Source: Camelus ferus (taxonomy: Eukaryota). Taken from it: 64,000 bases of DNA. Both the position numbers and the translations under genes were made by a program. Below the pieces are notes generated by a model. It was given only the letters and a program-made list of their open reading frames with translations, made no database searches and was not told the origin of the DNA. Positions 47,401 through 60,074 of the stretch are shown here, one piece after another. The stretch is from NCBI RefSeq assembly GCF_009834535.1, contig NC_045696.1, forward strand, positions 67,954,001 through 68,018,000, given 5' to 3'. Position 1 is the stretch's first letter. Every line of letters begins with the position of its first letter.

Positions 47401-50400
47401 ATGCAAGAACAAACAGTCCAAAACTAAAATCCTCAGTTCTGTTCTCTGTCATGGTGCCCTAGTTGAGAATTCATCTGTGAAAGTAAACTGACTGTCACAT
47501 CACCTTACTAATCACCAAGACTGATTCACCAAATATTATGGCTCACACAATTCACAACTAATTAAACACCAGCCTCAACAAGCCTCTGATGGGAGAAGTG
47601 GGTGTGTGCGTGTGTGTATGTGTTTATCCTGATTTACTGGATAAATCAAAAAGCAAGAAGCACAGTGCAGGCATAAGAGGACTAGACAAATCCTGACTAT
47701 GCCATCTCTTTATCATGTGGCCCTGGGCAACCTCTTCAACTTTATTTGAGCATCACTTTGCTCTTAAGTGAAGTGCGGGTGTATCCCTTAGCCTGCCGCC
47801 TTGCCTGTGAGGATCTGATGAGTTAATGGGCAGGGAAGGGGGTTCATCCACTGGAAAGCCGCGTAGAAACCTACATCGCATATCATACTCCCCAAAGGAC
47901 TTGTCACTGGCAATAAGTTATTACTGTTTATAAGATTGGTCTTCCCTGTGGTTTTCTCATAATAGCATCAAGCATTTGTAACCATTGAAATGTGTGCATT
48001 TTACCAAAGCAGAACTCACTTCTGCTATGCTCACTTTCCTTTAATATCCCCTAAATTATTGGTAGACTCGACCACAGAGCCCCAGAACCCTGATTCATTC
48101 TTCTCAGTTCCACTCCAGCCCCAGTAACACTGCCTGCTCATCAGGCGCAATGTGCTCTTTGCACGTGCACACCCCCGCCTCCTCGGCACCAGAGGGCTCC
48201 CAGCAAGCTCAAAGTCAGGGTGACGGCCACACGTGCAGGAGAGGGTGCTGCGGCCCCCAGCTCCCAACACAGAACATCAGTGGGAACTAGACTGTGAAGG
48301 GGGACGGACAAGCACCATATATACATGTACATATACACATATAATATACACTATTATGACCAATATATACTAAAGAATTTGGCCGTAATAGTACAGCGAG
48401 CAGGAGCCCACAGAAAAAACATCTTGACCGTGTTCTCTCTGACGTTAAGGAGGCACGGTCAGAACTTTGTGCAAGTTGACGAGCTCAGAATGACCAGGGA
48501 TATTAAGGAGGAGGGGCATAAGACATGAAGAGACAATCTGAACACAAATTAAACTCATGCTTTCAAGGGTAGAAAAGACCTCCAGGGACCACCAGCACTT
48601 CACTTTCCAGATGGAGAAGTGAAGGCGCAGAGACTTAAAGCATCCTGACCAAGTCACGGAGCGAGCTCACGGCCCAGGTGCCATCACAGCACAGACCTCT
48701 GAGCTCCCAGTTTCCCTCGATCGGTCGCTCTCTGCTTTCTCAGTACTTGGGTGCTTCCTTCTTCTCCACCCAAGTCTTGGCGGACTTCTATGGAGACGCC
48801 AGCTCCTGGCAAAAGCGCAGTGGCAGCAAGGCAGAGGGGCGCTGGGGCCAAGCCTCAGTGGGGAGGAAGGGCCTCCCCGAGTGCCTGCCAAACCACGTGG
48901 CCTCCTCAGAGCAACGCCTTTCCAATCGCTCAGTGGGCTGGTGGGCACAGGTTGCCAACAAGACAGTAAATCCCAAGGGCTGCAATATTTTGTCCAGGAG
49001 CACAGAAAGCTCCCTTTCTCTCAGCTGAGAAACTAAAGCCATGATTTTGGAACAGGAAGGGGAGAGGTCAACTCTGGCTAAAACCCCTTCCCAAAAGAGT
49101 GGAAAATCAACAAACTTTTGCAGCAAGACTCTCGTAATCTGTTGACAGCAGACTACAGAATCTATAAAGGCAAAGAGGAGCACTAGAAATCATGCGTGGT
49201 CTCATAAAGTAGAAATTCCTGGCGTCCTCTCTAGGGCCAGAACTTCGCATTTTTATTTTTTCTTAACCTTCTGAACATCTGTGACAGGCAAATGACTCAT
49301 CCAATTACTAACTGGAAAGCCAACTCCTCAATTTCACGTCCCTTGTTCCATTTCCTGAGGTGTGAGGTAGTTTTGAGAGCTGCCTCCTGCCGGTCCTGCT
49401 TCTCCCACAGGGAAGGCGGAATTGATAAGAGAAGCTGACAACTAAGAAGGCCATTACAAGGCTGCGTCTGCCAAGTGCACACCTGTCCATAGAGCTCTGC
49501 GTCGGCCATGCCCAAATGTCTTCTCCACCAAGACAGACAAGGGGAGGGGGAGGAACTTGAAGACGCAGTAAATACAACCATCTCCACCCTCAGCAAGACG
49601 TGATCTGCCAAGTGAAAGCCAATAATGTGTCCAAGATATATTTAAGGAAATCACAAAGAAAAATTCAAGACCAGGGTTTTTATTTTGTCTTTTTAAGTTC
49701 AAACCACAGAGAGTATTTGGAAGAATTAGAAACTACTTTCTGTGGGGAATTCCACAGGAACTGGAAAATCTCAGGCAAAATTAGAACCAACAAAAACAGA
49801 AATAGCAGAGATCTCAGAGATCATCAAATTCAGCCCTGCCACTCTGACACTGAGAAGAACAGCCAGCGAGAGTCTCGCAGCTGGATGGCGGTCATATTGG
49901 GCTGAGAACCCACATCTGCTGACTCCAAGAATAATTTCTTAGTCCTCAATCCTTGCTAGCATTGACTTCAACACTGACTCCAAATTAAACCTACATGTGA
50001 CCAAAAAGAAAAGGGAAAATAAACTGTTCCCCGTGGCAGATGCTTGGAACACTGGCTTCTTTCTGCAAACGTCACAGTTCACATTCTGCAGAAGATGGAA
50101 ACCAATGAGGGTCCTGTTTTGTCAGTTGCGAACGCACATTTCTTAGGAATGCATTTTATGTCTGGCATTCTCCCTGCACCCGCGCTCCTGTTTCTCTTTT
50201 GGCCATATATGGAACTGGGCTCCAGTGTCTGGGTCACAAAACTCAGGCCTCGGGTATGAATGCAATCTGGTTTCTGAGCTGTTTGTCTTTACTGGAAATC
50301 CAATGAATCCATCTAGGAAACATTTACTAAAATGCAAAAGGCAGGGGGAACTGATTCACGCCCCGAACTTGGCACAGAGGAATAGATTTTTCTCGTGCTC

Positions 50401-50977
50401 ACCCAAAGGTACGCTAACCAGATTCTGTGGAGAAAGTGACAAGTTTAACAAATGGAAAAGAGCTTCTTTCTCAAGAAGTGAGAAATGCACACACATGTGT
50501 TCAGGGGAGGACAGGATAGTGGCCCTAACGTAAGAGTTACAAAGGCAAAACTGACACTGAAAAGGTTAGGAGGCCACAAGGGCAAACCAATCAGAATATT
50601 AGGCATTCATCTTTCCCGATATGACTTAGCTATCTCTTCATGTGGTGTGAGACTTTCAAACTTTTGCTAATCGCATTTCAGAAGCTGAAAATCTCTTTGA
50701 AAATAGGGATAACCTGCAATTATCATTTCAATTTAAATCAAGAATTTACTAAGCAGCCATAATTCCCAACAATATTTTTAAAAGGATTTATACAAAGAGA
50801 CCTCAAGAAGCACATTCCCCAGAAGTGTAAACTTAGAAGGACAGAATGACCAGAGGAGGAAAGAATAGTTCTTTTGAGTGAAAGGGAAACCAAGGACCCA
50901 GAAATAGAAATGACTTGCCCAATGGCAGGCAGATTGGTAATTTCAACACAGAGCACATAAAATCTCCGAAGAAAGCA

Positions 50978-51134
50978 GGGGGAGTATAGCTTAAGTGGTG
51001 GAGCGCACGCTTAGCATGCACAGGGTCCTGGGTTCAATCCCCAGTACCACCTTCAAAAATAAATAAATAAACCTAATTACCACCCCCCCTAAAAAAATAC
51101 TCTACAAAAATAATAAAAATTAATTAAAAACAAA
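50978..51134 (+). mobile_element. Camelid tRNA-derived SINE (Vic-1-like, long form)
   Basis: gggggagtatagcttaagtggtggagcgcacgcttagcatgcacagggtcctgggttcaatccccagtacc, then the characteristic aaataaataaacctaattacc-C-run and an A-rich tail. TSD aagaaagcag (50969-50978) / aagaaagtag (51135-51144). Confidence 0.88.
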
Positions 51135-53614
51135 AAGAAAGTAGAAGGGATTGCATGAGACATCATGGCCTCCAAGAGCAGAGAGAGAAAATGCCCCGTT
51201 AATAACCCTCAACCAGTATGCAGCCCTCCCTGCAGCATGTGGTCGCCCACAAACTAGCTCTGTCACTTCTGTCCCCTTACTGAGGACCAAGGATGGCAGA
51301 GATCACAGCCTCTATTTGAAAGGCCTCTGGAGGCAAGCTGTCCCAGTGAGAATACGAGGTTCACAGATTCTGTGAAGGAGAGCCTTGAGGAAGTTATCTG
51401 TCGTCTCAATATCTCCAGTGATTCACCTGCCAACTGGACATGATCATCTCCACCTTAGACAGTAGATGAAGAAATTAAACGAGCTTTTTACAAAGTGTCT
51501 GCCTAGCAGTGTTTGACATGTAAATAGGCACTGAAGAAACAGTAGCTGTTAGTAGCATATTCATTCATAATCCCTGCTACAAGGAGAAGGAATGGTTTGG
51601 GGCAATGCTGTGAGTCAGGGAGCCTCAGGTTCACACCCCACGATTCTTCTCCACCTAACTGTGAACTGTGAGCCCAACTCTGATCACACATGTATTACCT
51701 TGCTGAGTCTCGTTGAGTTATTGTGAGGTTCAAATGAGATCTTAGTTGGAAACGCTCTTTAGAAATCGTCTTGCAATGTGAAAATGTAAAATATGATCAG
51801 AAAGGTCAGACCCTTCTCTGGGGAACTGTAAAGTGCCACCAGAATGTAGGTTCTGCATAAATATCAGGGGAGGAATGACAGACGGCCTATTCTTCACTTT
51901 TCTCATTAAAAAAAAAAAATCAGCACTTTAAGAAAAAAAAGGGTCCCTTAAAAATGGCTTGAATGCCATGTTACTCACTCCTCTCAAACATGTTTCGGAG
52001 ACAGAGACTGTAAGCCCAATAGTGTGGCAAGCATTTACTGAGATGACCGCTGAGCGCAGTGTAACGGGTACTAACAAGGGGCTGGCCACAGGCAGGCACA
52101 CGTCCAGGCCCAGGTGGGGAGGCCTGGGGGCTGACAAGACCCCTGAGAACAACCACCAGAAGTGAGCAAACGGAAAGGCCTTCGTCACGCGGGGTCTCAC
52201 GGCCAGGGTGAGGACGCCAGCAAGGGTCACATCTCCCACGGGGCCCATCTTCCTCATCTGTACAGGCACTACTTTCTCAACCTGGAGAGAGGTCCAGAGA
52301 GGCAGAAAGTCTGAGAAGCCAGAACCACGGTCACCAGGGTTGCCAGAGCTCTCGAAGCACCTCTAACACAACGGTTTTCAAAGTGGGTTCCACAGAGGCA
52401 CAGGGTTCCGGGTGATAACTTGGCCCTGGATGGAAGCCTCTTTAACCGTTTAGTGACATTTAATGACAGCACCATCATATAATTATACTTCGGTTATTTT
52501 ATATACAGGTCTCCCCTACTTTTCCAAAGTTTTCTTTACACCACTTCCCTTTTCTGAAAGACCCGCATGAGTACCTGTCCTAACAGAAAGAAAGCTGAAG
52601 AGGATTTTCGCTTTCACAAAAAGAGGGGAAAAGCAAAAAGAGCACTCAGAGTTTGCAGCTGCCTCTTCTCTTCGCTCCATCCCCTGCCTCTGAAAGGTTT
52701 TATAGAAATGCTCTGCTTTTGGAGCAGGAGAAGCCTGTACTGGGATTTCTCATGGTGCTTCATGAGGAGTTTTAAAAAGAATTCCATGCAGGAGAAGGTT
52801 CTGAAAACACCAAAGCCCAGTGAGTCTACTGTCCAGGTCATACAGACATTAATGTCTGGACCACAGGCAATTCTTGGACCAAAGCCTGGGAATAAGGGGC
52901 TAATGAGAAACAACGAGGAGGGTAAGAGAGCTCCAGAGAGTGGGTACTACAATTGGAGGGCTCAGCCCGGTCCCCAGAAAGGCTGAGGAGAAGGATTATG
53001 GGAGCCAGAAGGAACAGGTATCCCAGGTCTGGGACGTCCTTAACCTCTCTCCTCCAAGCTCATCCTGGGTCCTCACACCCCGTTGGAAAGCTCTCCCTGC
53101 TCAGCGATGGGGCCCTGAAGGAGAAGGGGGAACGGAGCTGGGAAAGGACAGCACACCCTTCTTCTGCCCCTGGCTCTTCAAGACGGTGCTCTGGCAGCTC
53201 AGGTGAAAGTCCCCGTGGGGCACCAGCGGCTTCAGCTTTGCGTTCCTCCACCTCTCCGTGTGCCAAACAGGAATCAGCAGGTCCACGTCAGCCCGAGCCA
53301 AGCCTGGGGAATGCACGGGGAGGACTCTCCAATCTGCTTAGTAACGGCAACCGACAGTGCTAAATAAGTGAGTCAAGGAATATTTCTGGAAGAGCTATTC
53401 AACTGGAATGCTTGGAGAGCCACCCGCATGGCAGTAACTCGCTCTGTCCTCATCTTTTAGAACACCCATAAGCCCGGGTTTAAAAAAGTACTTCACAGCT
53501 CCAGGGGTGGCCAAAGAAGTCAACAAACACACAGAAATCTCTCAGTGGCTGACGGCAGTTATTAGGGAGAAAGTTATGTTCTCAATCAGGACGCAATTTC
53601 AGTCTCTCTCTCTC

Positions 53615-53646
<32 letters not shown>

Positions 53647-54665
53647 ACTTCACATCGTTTCCCCAGCCACTTCGGGAGTGAGCAGTCTGTCATGTTTCCA
53701 AGGGAAGCGACGCAGTCCCCTGCGCGGCCGAGCCATCTAAAAACCCTATCATCTGTCTCTGCGGCAGAAAGCCCAGTTGGAAGCAGCAAGTTCTGTGCGT
53801 TCAGCTAGAAAACACTTCTTGTTCTCGCTGTCAAAATAATTCTGTATTAAACTTCTGGGATATGTGACTAATGTGCTTGGAACCTTTTGGAGCGACTGGT
53901 TTATTTATTTTAGGGAGGGGAGAGTGGCAGCTGCGGCTGGGGGTTGGCAAGAGGGAAAGAGGAGGAGGAGGAAGGATGGCGAACCTTGAGGAGCGGGCCC
54001 GGGGTCCACTCAGGGACCTTCACACCGCCTCCCGGGAGCCGGCCCTGCCACACTGCGTGATCAGAAGCCAGACGAGGCTCAGAGCCAGGCCGGAAGAGGA
54101 AAGAAAGACGGAGAGAGGCAGGCAGTGCACATTTCCCTGAGTTAAGGTTGCCTCACATTTCCTAAAAAGACTTGGAAAATTAAAAAGGAAAAGCAAAACA
54201 AAATGCACACATGCACCAGAGTAATCCTATGGCAGCTCCTTTTAAAACCCAGAACCACTCCCTACTGCTCACAGAGGAAAAAAGCCCTGAACTTTTGCTG
54301 GGGGGCATTTACCGCTGCTGTGATATATAACACACACGCCTCACCTCAGCTCCATGCACCTTCCAGACGCAGCCTGCCACCCCCAAGCCTCTCTGCCTTC
54401 TCATGCCTCAGCTGTTCCCTTTGTCTTGAAGATACGTGTCTCTCTTCCTTGTTTATTGAAGTCCTAGACATCTTTCAGGACTACAGCACCACATCCCCCA
54501 GGGGAGCCTTCCCCAGTGGCAGCAAACAGAACCCTCTGCCCTCCCCCGTGTCATTGATCACTTTACAGCCAGCCTCCAGGTGATCATCAGTCACCCACAC
54601 ATCAATCTACCTGCTCCCTGACCCACCCCAGAAACCAGTCTCCCACCAGCACCCACTGTGTGCAT

Positions 54666-54668
<3 letters not shown>

Positions 54669-54711
<43 letters not shown>
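54669..54711. repeat. (CA)21 microsatellite
   Basis: Directly visible. Confidence 0.97.
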
Positions 54712-54713
<2 letters not shown>

Positions 54714-55691
54714 CCCAAGCCCTTGCAGTCAGAGGTCCAGTTTTCCTATCTCAGCATCCCCTCCCCCATGGAGTTCGAGGTCTGTATACAGCAAGCACTC
54801 AATCAGTGCAGGCTCATCACTGAGACTTTGTGCCTTCCACAGCAAAGCATCTATAGCAGTAAGCTCAAGAGGCATTAAAAAAAAAAAATCATCGGAAGAA
54901 AAAGGCCAGGAATTTGCTCATGTTAAACCTCTAGAGTCAGCACTTGAAAACTGCCCTGCTCCCTTCTCAAATCCCACTGTGTGGTCAGAGTCTCCTCTCT
55001 GGCTCTGAGTCATAAAGTGGGTAGAAGTTTGGGAAAATAAATGAGGAGGGGTGGCAGGAGGGGAGCTCCCAGGGGGAACCAGATCAGGTAAATAGATCTA
55101 AAACACATCACTTCTCTAATTGTAGACTGAAATGGTCTTACTTTGTGTTTTGCTTTAAGTTTCCCCCCAGCTTCCCACTTGTAATACTTACAGCTTAAAG
55201 AAAAAAGAAAAAGAAGAAGAATGAAAGAAGGAGGTGTTTGGAAGTGGAGAACAGGGATAGGAGCGTGACCAGGACTAATGAAAGAAAGAGCCAGTGGGTC
55301 TGCGTGCCTCTGGTCAGCTCTGGCGGGGCCCCCCCCCCTCAGCTCTCTCCAGGGGAACGACTTGGCAGAGAGAGGTTCAGAAAAGTTTTCACTTTCCTTC
55401 TCCAAACTCCACCTCCCTCCCCCACCTCATTTTAAAAATCAGCTCCAACCTCCCAAAGAGGGAAAGGAAAAGTGAGACCCAGCTCACTTCGCATTTTATA
55501 CCACTTAAGGAAAACCATTTCTTGGAGCGAATGCCTTACGTGTTCAGAGGATAACTTACTCTCTCATCCTTTTTCTCTCTACTTCTGCAGCTTTCCTCTC
55601 ATTCCGGTCATTTTGCCTTTCTTCAACTTGGAAGTGGCTTTACCCTCAGAACTAGCCTCCTGCTTCTTCCCATTCAAAATCTCTCTCCCAC

Positions 55692-55693
55692 TC

Positions 55694-55770
<77 letters not shown>
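55692..55770. repeat. (CTGT)n(CT)19(CA)11 compound microsatellite
   Basis: Directly visible. Confidence 0.95.
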
Positions 55771-56329
55771 ATGTTGTTCCTATTTTCTTGCCATTATTAG
55801 AAGGTAATAAACACCTGCAACGGGTAACTCTCTATTCATTCATTTATTCAATTTAAATGAAGCTTAATAAGCACCTACTAATAAGCACCCTACTCTCAAA
55901 AGCGAATATTCTACACAGTAGAGGAGATCAAACAAGCCCATCAGAAACTGTAAAGCAGCGTCAACGGAGATATGTCAAAGGGTGGCAGACATGCTGGACC
56001 TCCCCTGGCTCAGAAGACCATGGAAGCCTTCCTAGATAAGGCACCTGGCACACAACAGATGCTCTATAAAAATCTGTTAGAGGAATGAAGAATATGTGAA
56101 TGAGTGAAGAAAGAAATGGATAAAGACGCATTTGAGCCTGGCCTCAAAAGGATGATTTAAGATTTGGACAGGCAGAGATGAGAGAGCCAATATTTTAAAG
56201 GTGAGGGTCCTAACTGCACAGAGGCAGGAAAATTAGGGGACCACCTGAGGAATGACCTGAGAGAAACACTATCGGTGGAGGAGCTGGAAAGGTACACAAA
56301 TAAATTAATAAATCACTTTTTATGTGATG

Positions 56330-56515
56330 GATTATGACCAAGTCACTGGTAAACCTTCACAAATCCTAACTCATTAATCCCCAGAATAATATTATTCCCA
56401 TTTTACACATGAGGAAACTGAAACACAGAGAGGTTCAGTAACCTGACCAGGTAAGGCTGCTAATTGGTGATGGGGCAGCCTAGCTGCAAAGTCTGGCTCT
56501 TAACTGCTACATCAT
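56330..56515 (-). mobile_element. MIR SINE
   Basis: attattcccattttacacatgaggaaactgaaacacagagaggttcagtaacctg (MIR core, antisense). Confidence 0.88.
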
Positions 56516-57124
56516 GGCATCTCCATATTATACCAACATCAAGGACAGATCATACAGGGCCTCAAATGCCAAGCAGGAATCCATGCTTTTTCCTATAGGC
56601 AAAAGGAAACAACTGAAGATTTGGGGAGCTGGAATAACAAGGTCACATTTAGAGAGAGTGAATAATTTGCATTTGTGTATAAATTTATTGGAGCTCATGA
56701 ATGAATTACAGATGAAGATGAATCAACCCCATCACCTCCTGCCCCACACCCAGCCAGTCACACACTCATTTATCACCGTTTCATTGTTATGTACACAGTT
56801 TAATAGGATGTGCAGTAATTTGTCTCTGTGTACACTCAGACCCTGAAATTTGATTTCTATATTGAAAAAATCTGTTCCCATCTCATCTCCGGGCCCAGGA
56901 TTTCAAGGAGCCTGCCACAGAGGGACAGCATGGCTGCAGTCAGCAGTGAATGGCCTCCTGGTCCAGCCGGATGGCTCTGAGGGGTGGCACTGTGCGTGCA
57001 CTGAATAGTCACAAAAATAGCTCAGCGAAAAGAGGCAGGGGAAAAACACTGCACTCTTTAGAACTGACGTGTTTCTCCTTTTCCCTCTCCACCACTGCTT
57101 CTATGACCTAGTAAGGAGGTATCC

Positions 57125-57280
57125 CTGTAGAGCAGAAAGAGCGCTGGACCAAAATTCAGGAGACCTGGACTAAAGGGTTGATTGCCACTGTTTTTACATG
57201 ATCTTAGACAAGTTCTAGTCCTCAGTTTTTCTATCTGTAAAATGAGAGGTTGGTTCTCAACAAACTTGATGATCCTTTAT
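57125..57280 (+). mobile_element. MIR SINE
   Basis: gaaagagcgctggacc...tcaggagacctgg...cctcagtttttctatctgtaaaatgagaggttgg. Confidence 0.8.
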
Positions 57281-57303
57281 GTGCATATGTGTCTGTGTCT
57301 GTA

Positions 57304-57305
<2 letters not shown>

Positions 57306-57361
<56 letters not shown>
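57306..57361. repeat. (TG)20(AG)8 compound microsatellite
   Basis: Directly visible. Confidence 0.95.
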
Positions 57362-57362
<1 letters not shown>

Positions 57363-57804
57363 TTGGGGGGTGTCAAAAGGGATGAAAGTGCATTTTGGTT
57401 GAAATGCGGTATTTTTTTTTAATCTTGAATCCTTTAAAAATGTTATATAAAGTCGAGCGGGGAACTACATTCTGGAGGGTGAAGTCAGTAAAAAACCTGG
57501 AGTCACAGAACCAAACAGACTTCCACAAATAAAATGTCAGAGTAGTTACCTGTCAAGGGTGAGATTACACGTGGTTTTCGTCTTCTTTTTATACTTTCCT
57601 CTACATTCTAAATTTACAACATGAAGGCACGTTTACTTTCACCAAGAAAAAAAAGAACTACTGTTTTAAAAATTAATTTTACTATTAATTAATGTTACTA
57701 ATAACCAGAATCATACTTGCAGGGAATATCGGGAGAGTCCAAGCAGCTCACTAACCGTGTGGGAGCAGGCTTCTAATTTTTGTAAATGAAGAGCAGAATG
57801 GAAA

Positions 57805-57940
57805 CCGTCCTCGCCGTCTCTGCGCCCCCTGCGCGTGCGCCGCAGCGCATGCGCGCTTTGGCCAGGCACGCCCGGGAGTGCAGAGGCAGCGTCTCCCGCG
57901 CCTGTTAAACCCTGCACCGAGCGCGGTGCCAGCTCCGTTC
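57805..57940. promoter_or_regulatory. Small CpG-dense patch with two NRF1-type motifs
   Basis: About 20 CpGs in about 135 bp. GCGCGTGCGC at 57831-57840 and the perfect palindrome GCGCATGCGC at 57845-57854. Confidence 0.5.
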
Positions 57941-58099
57941 TAAATGGTTAGTCTATACATCCTCAAGTAACGAACGATCTTGCCTGGAACTATTACTGCG
58001 GTCTAACTGATAATATCCAATTACACCTGAAGAATATGTTTAAATCATGAAGCCATAAATATACATATATATTCTAGGTATATATACATATACATGCAA

Positions 58100-58480
58100 A
58101 GAAGACGAAATATTACTGCCATTCTTAAAGAAAATGACACTTTGTGAGTCTGAGAGGTCTATATTTACTGAAATTAAAATGTTTTCAGTCTGTTTTGTTG
58201 AGTGAAAAGGTACATCGTAGAAAAGCCTGCAGCTATTCATGTAAGTGTAAATGCAGTCATTCATGTAAATATGACTTGTGTGCGTGTATCTACACATACA
58301 CACATATACATTTATATACATCTGTACAGAGAGGAGAAAGAGGCTTTAACAGGCGTTTCCAACACTTGAACAGTGACTATCACTGAAGAGTGGATTTGGA
58401 GAGATTTCTATTCTCTTCTTCGTACTTTTCTGCATTGTTCAAATTCTCTTCGGTGCTAGGAAACATTTAGATAACATTTT
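58100..58480 (+). mobile_element. L1ME-like 3' fragment
   Basis: gaaatattactgccattcttaaag...ttgttgagtgaaaagg...ttgaacagtgactatcactgaagagtggatttgg...cttttctgcattgttc. Confidence 0.65.
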
Positions 58481-59354
58481 CTAAAACAATAATATAATTA
58501 TTGAAACATAAGACAGAACAAGATAAAACCTGAAAAGAAGGAAAAATGAAAATAAAAATGCACCCAGCAGCCCATACATTTGCCCAAACACACTTTCTAA
58601 ACACAGATCTTACTGCCCCGACAGCCATATCTGGTGTATACATGATACACTGTGAGAGAAGGTCCCTCGGTCTTCAAAACCACCTCCTCCTCTTTTTGCC
58701 TAATTAGCTGAAATCCATCACTATGGGTGAAAAGTACTGTGAGGATAATGGACGCTAAGGTATCTGTCCTGCAGGAATGGGGCACCTTCCAGTAAAGGCG
58801 CAAGCACCCCAGGGCCTCTCGCAGGAGGCGCTTCCAGCCTTTCTCTGCCCTTAGCCAGGCCCGCCGCCTGGCCCGCTCCCGGCCAGGACATCAGCGTCAT
58901 CCTCCAGGCAAGTCTTTCCCAACACCGGCTCCACTGATTTCATCTGGGACGTGGCTTCCCTCACACAGCTGTTGCTGAGGCACAGTTGCTAAAAAGAACT
59001 ACAAGCACTTTGAAAATATAAGGTGCTTAATCATAGAGTGGCCCATGAAGTCCTTCTTGGGGCCATAGCGATGGTGACAACATCTATTTTGGTTTGTCTT
59101 CAGTGACAACGATGATGATGATGATACTGATAATAATGATACAAAATGGCTCACTCTCAGGACACACCAGCCTTGACTCTCATTATTAAAAATACAAGGA
59201 AGCAAATTCCTTTCTCCAAGCACAACACCCTACATCACCACGTACTGTTAAAATAAAACGAGTTTTATTCATAATAGGGGAAGAAGATTAGAGGTGGGTT
59301 TTTTCCCTGCGATACTAGGGTTTATTATATTTTATAGAAATAAAGTCTAATACA

Positions 59355-59537
59355 CTAAATTATGAGCATTCGGCTAACTTTTGAGAGTCCAGCTTCTCTC
59401 CCATGATGTGTACTTTCATGCTATTTATTATTTAGTATTTTTCTGTCATTTTTTTTTCAAATAAATCTCAACAGAATAAAGAATAGCAGTTTTAAACTTG
59501 GTGGATTCCTTCAGCTCAAAAAAAAAAAAAAAGAAAG
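59355..59537 (+). pseudogene. TSD-flanked poly(A)-tailed retrocopy of non-repeat sequence (truncated mRNA 3' end or orphan transduction)
   Basis: aaagtctaataca at 59342-59354 and 59538-59550; AATAAA at 59460 and 59475; A15 at 59518-59532. Confidence 0.7.
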
Positions 59538-60074
59538 AAAGTCTAATACAAATCTTATATGGACAATTTGATGGATTTTGACAAATTCATAGACTCACAT
59601 TACCAACAGCACAATCGTGACATAATATTCTATGCTTCAACAGTTCTCCTGTTTTCTCTTCCATTCAGTCCCCCCTGCAGACAACAAACATAAATTAATT
59701 CTGTCTGCTCTTGAACTTCATATAATGAAATCTTATGTCTAGAGGTGGTTTTTATTTTCCTCTTTAACCTTCTGAAATTTTCTGAATTTTCTGCATAAGA
59801 ATGTACTGCTTTTATACATTTTAAAAAAAAAAGGGAGGGAGGGAGGGAGGGTCATTTTAAAAGACATGTAAACAACCACCACCATAAATAAGCCAGGCTC
59901 TTCTTTCACAGAGTTTAAACATGAGCCTTCCTCACCAGGGAGCCTGCAGGGGATCTTCTGTAACTAGGTCACCGGATTTCACTCCATCACGGCAGACCTC
60001 TCCAAATGCTCACCAAAGCTACCAACATCTCAGGAGGTTAATTTTGGACAACTGCTGAGCCGAACTCAAAGTCA

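Noticed and set aside
48660..49030. GC-rich stretch with overlapping ORFs as a possible coding exon
   Set aside because: No recognisable peptide or convincing splice-site pair; open frames on both strands reflect GC content.
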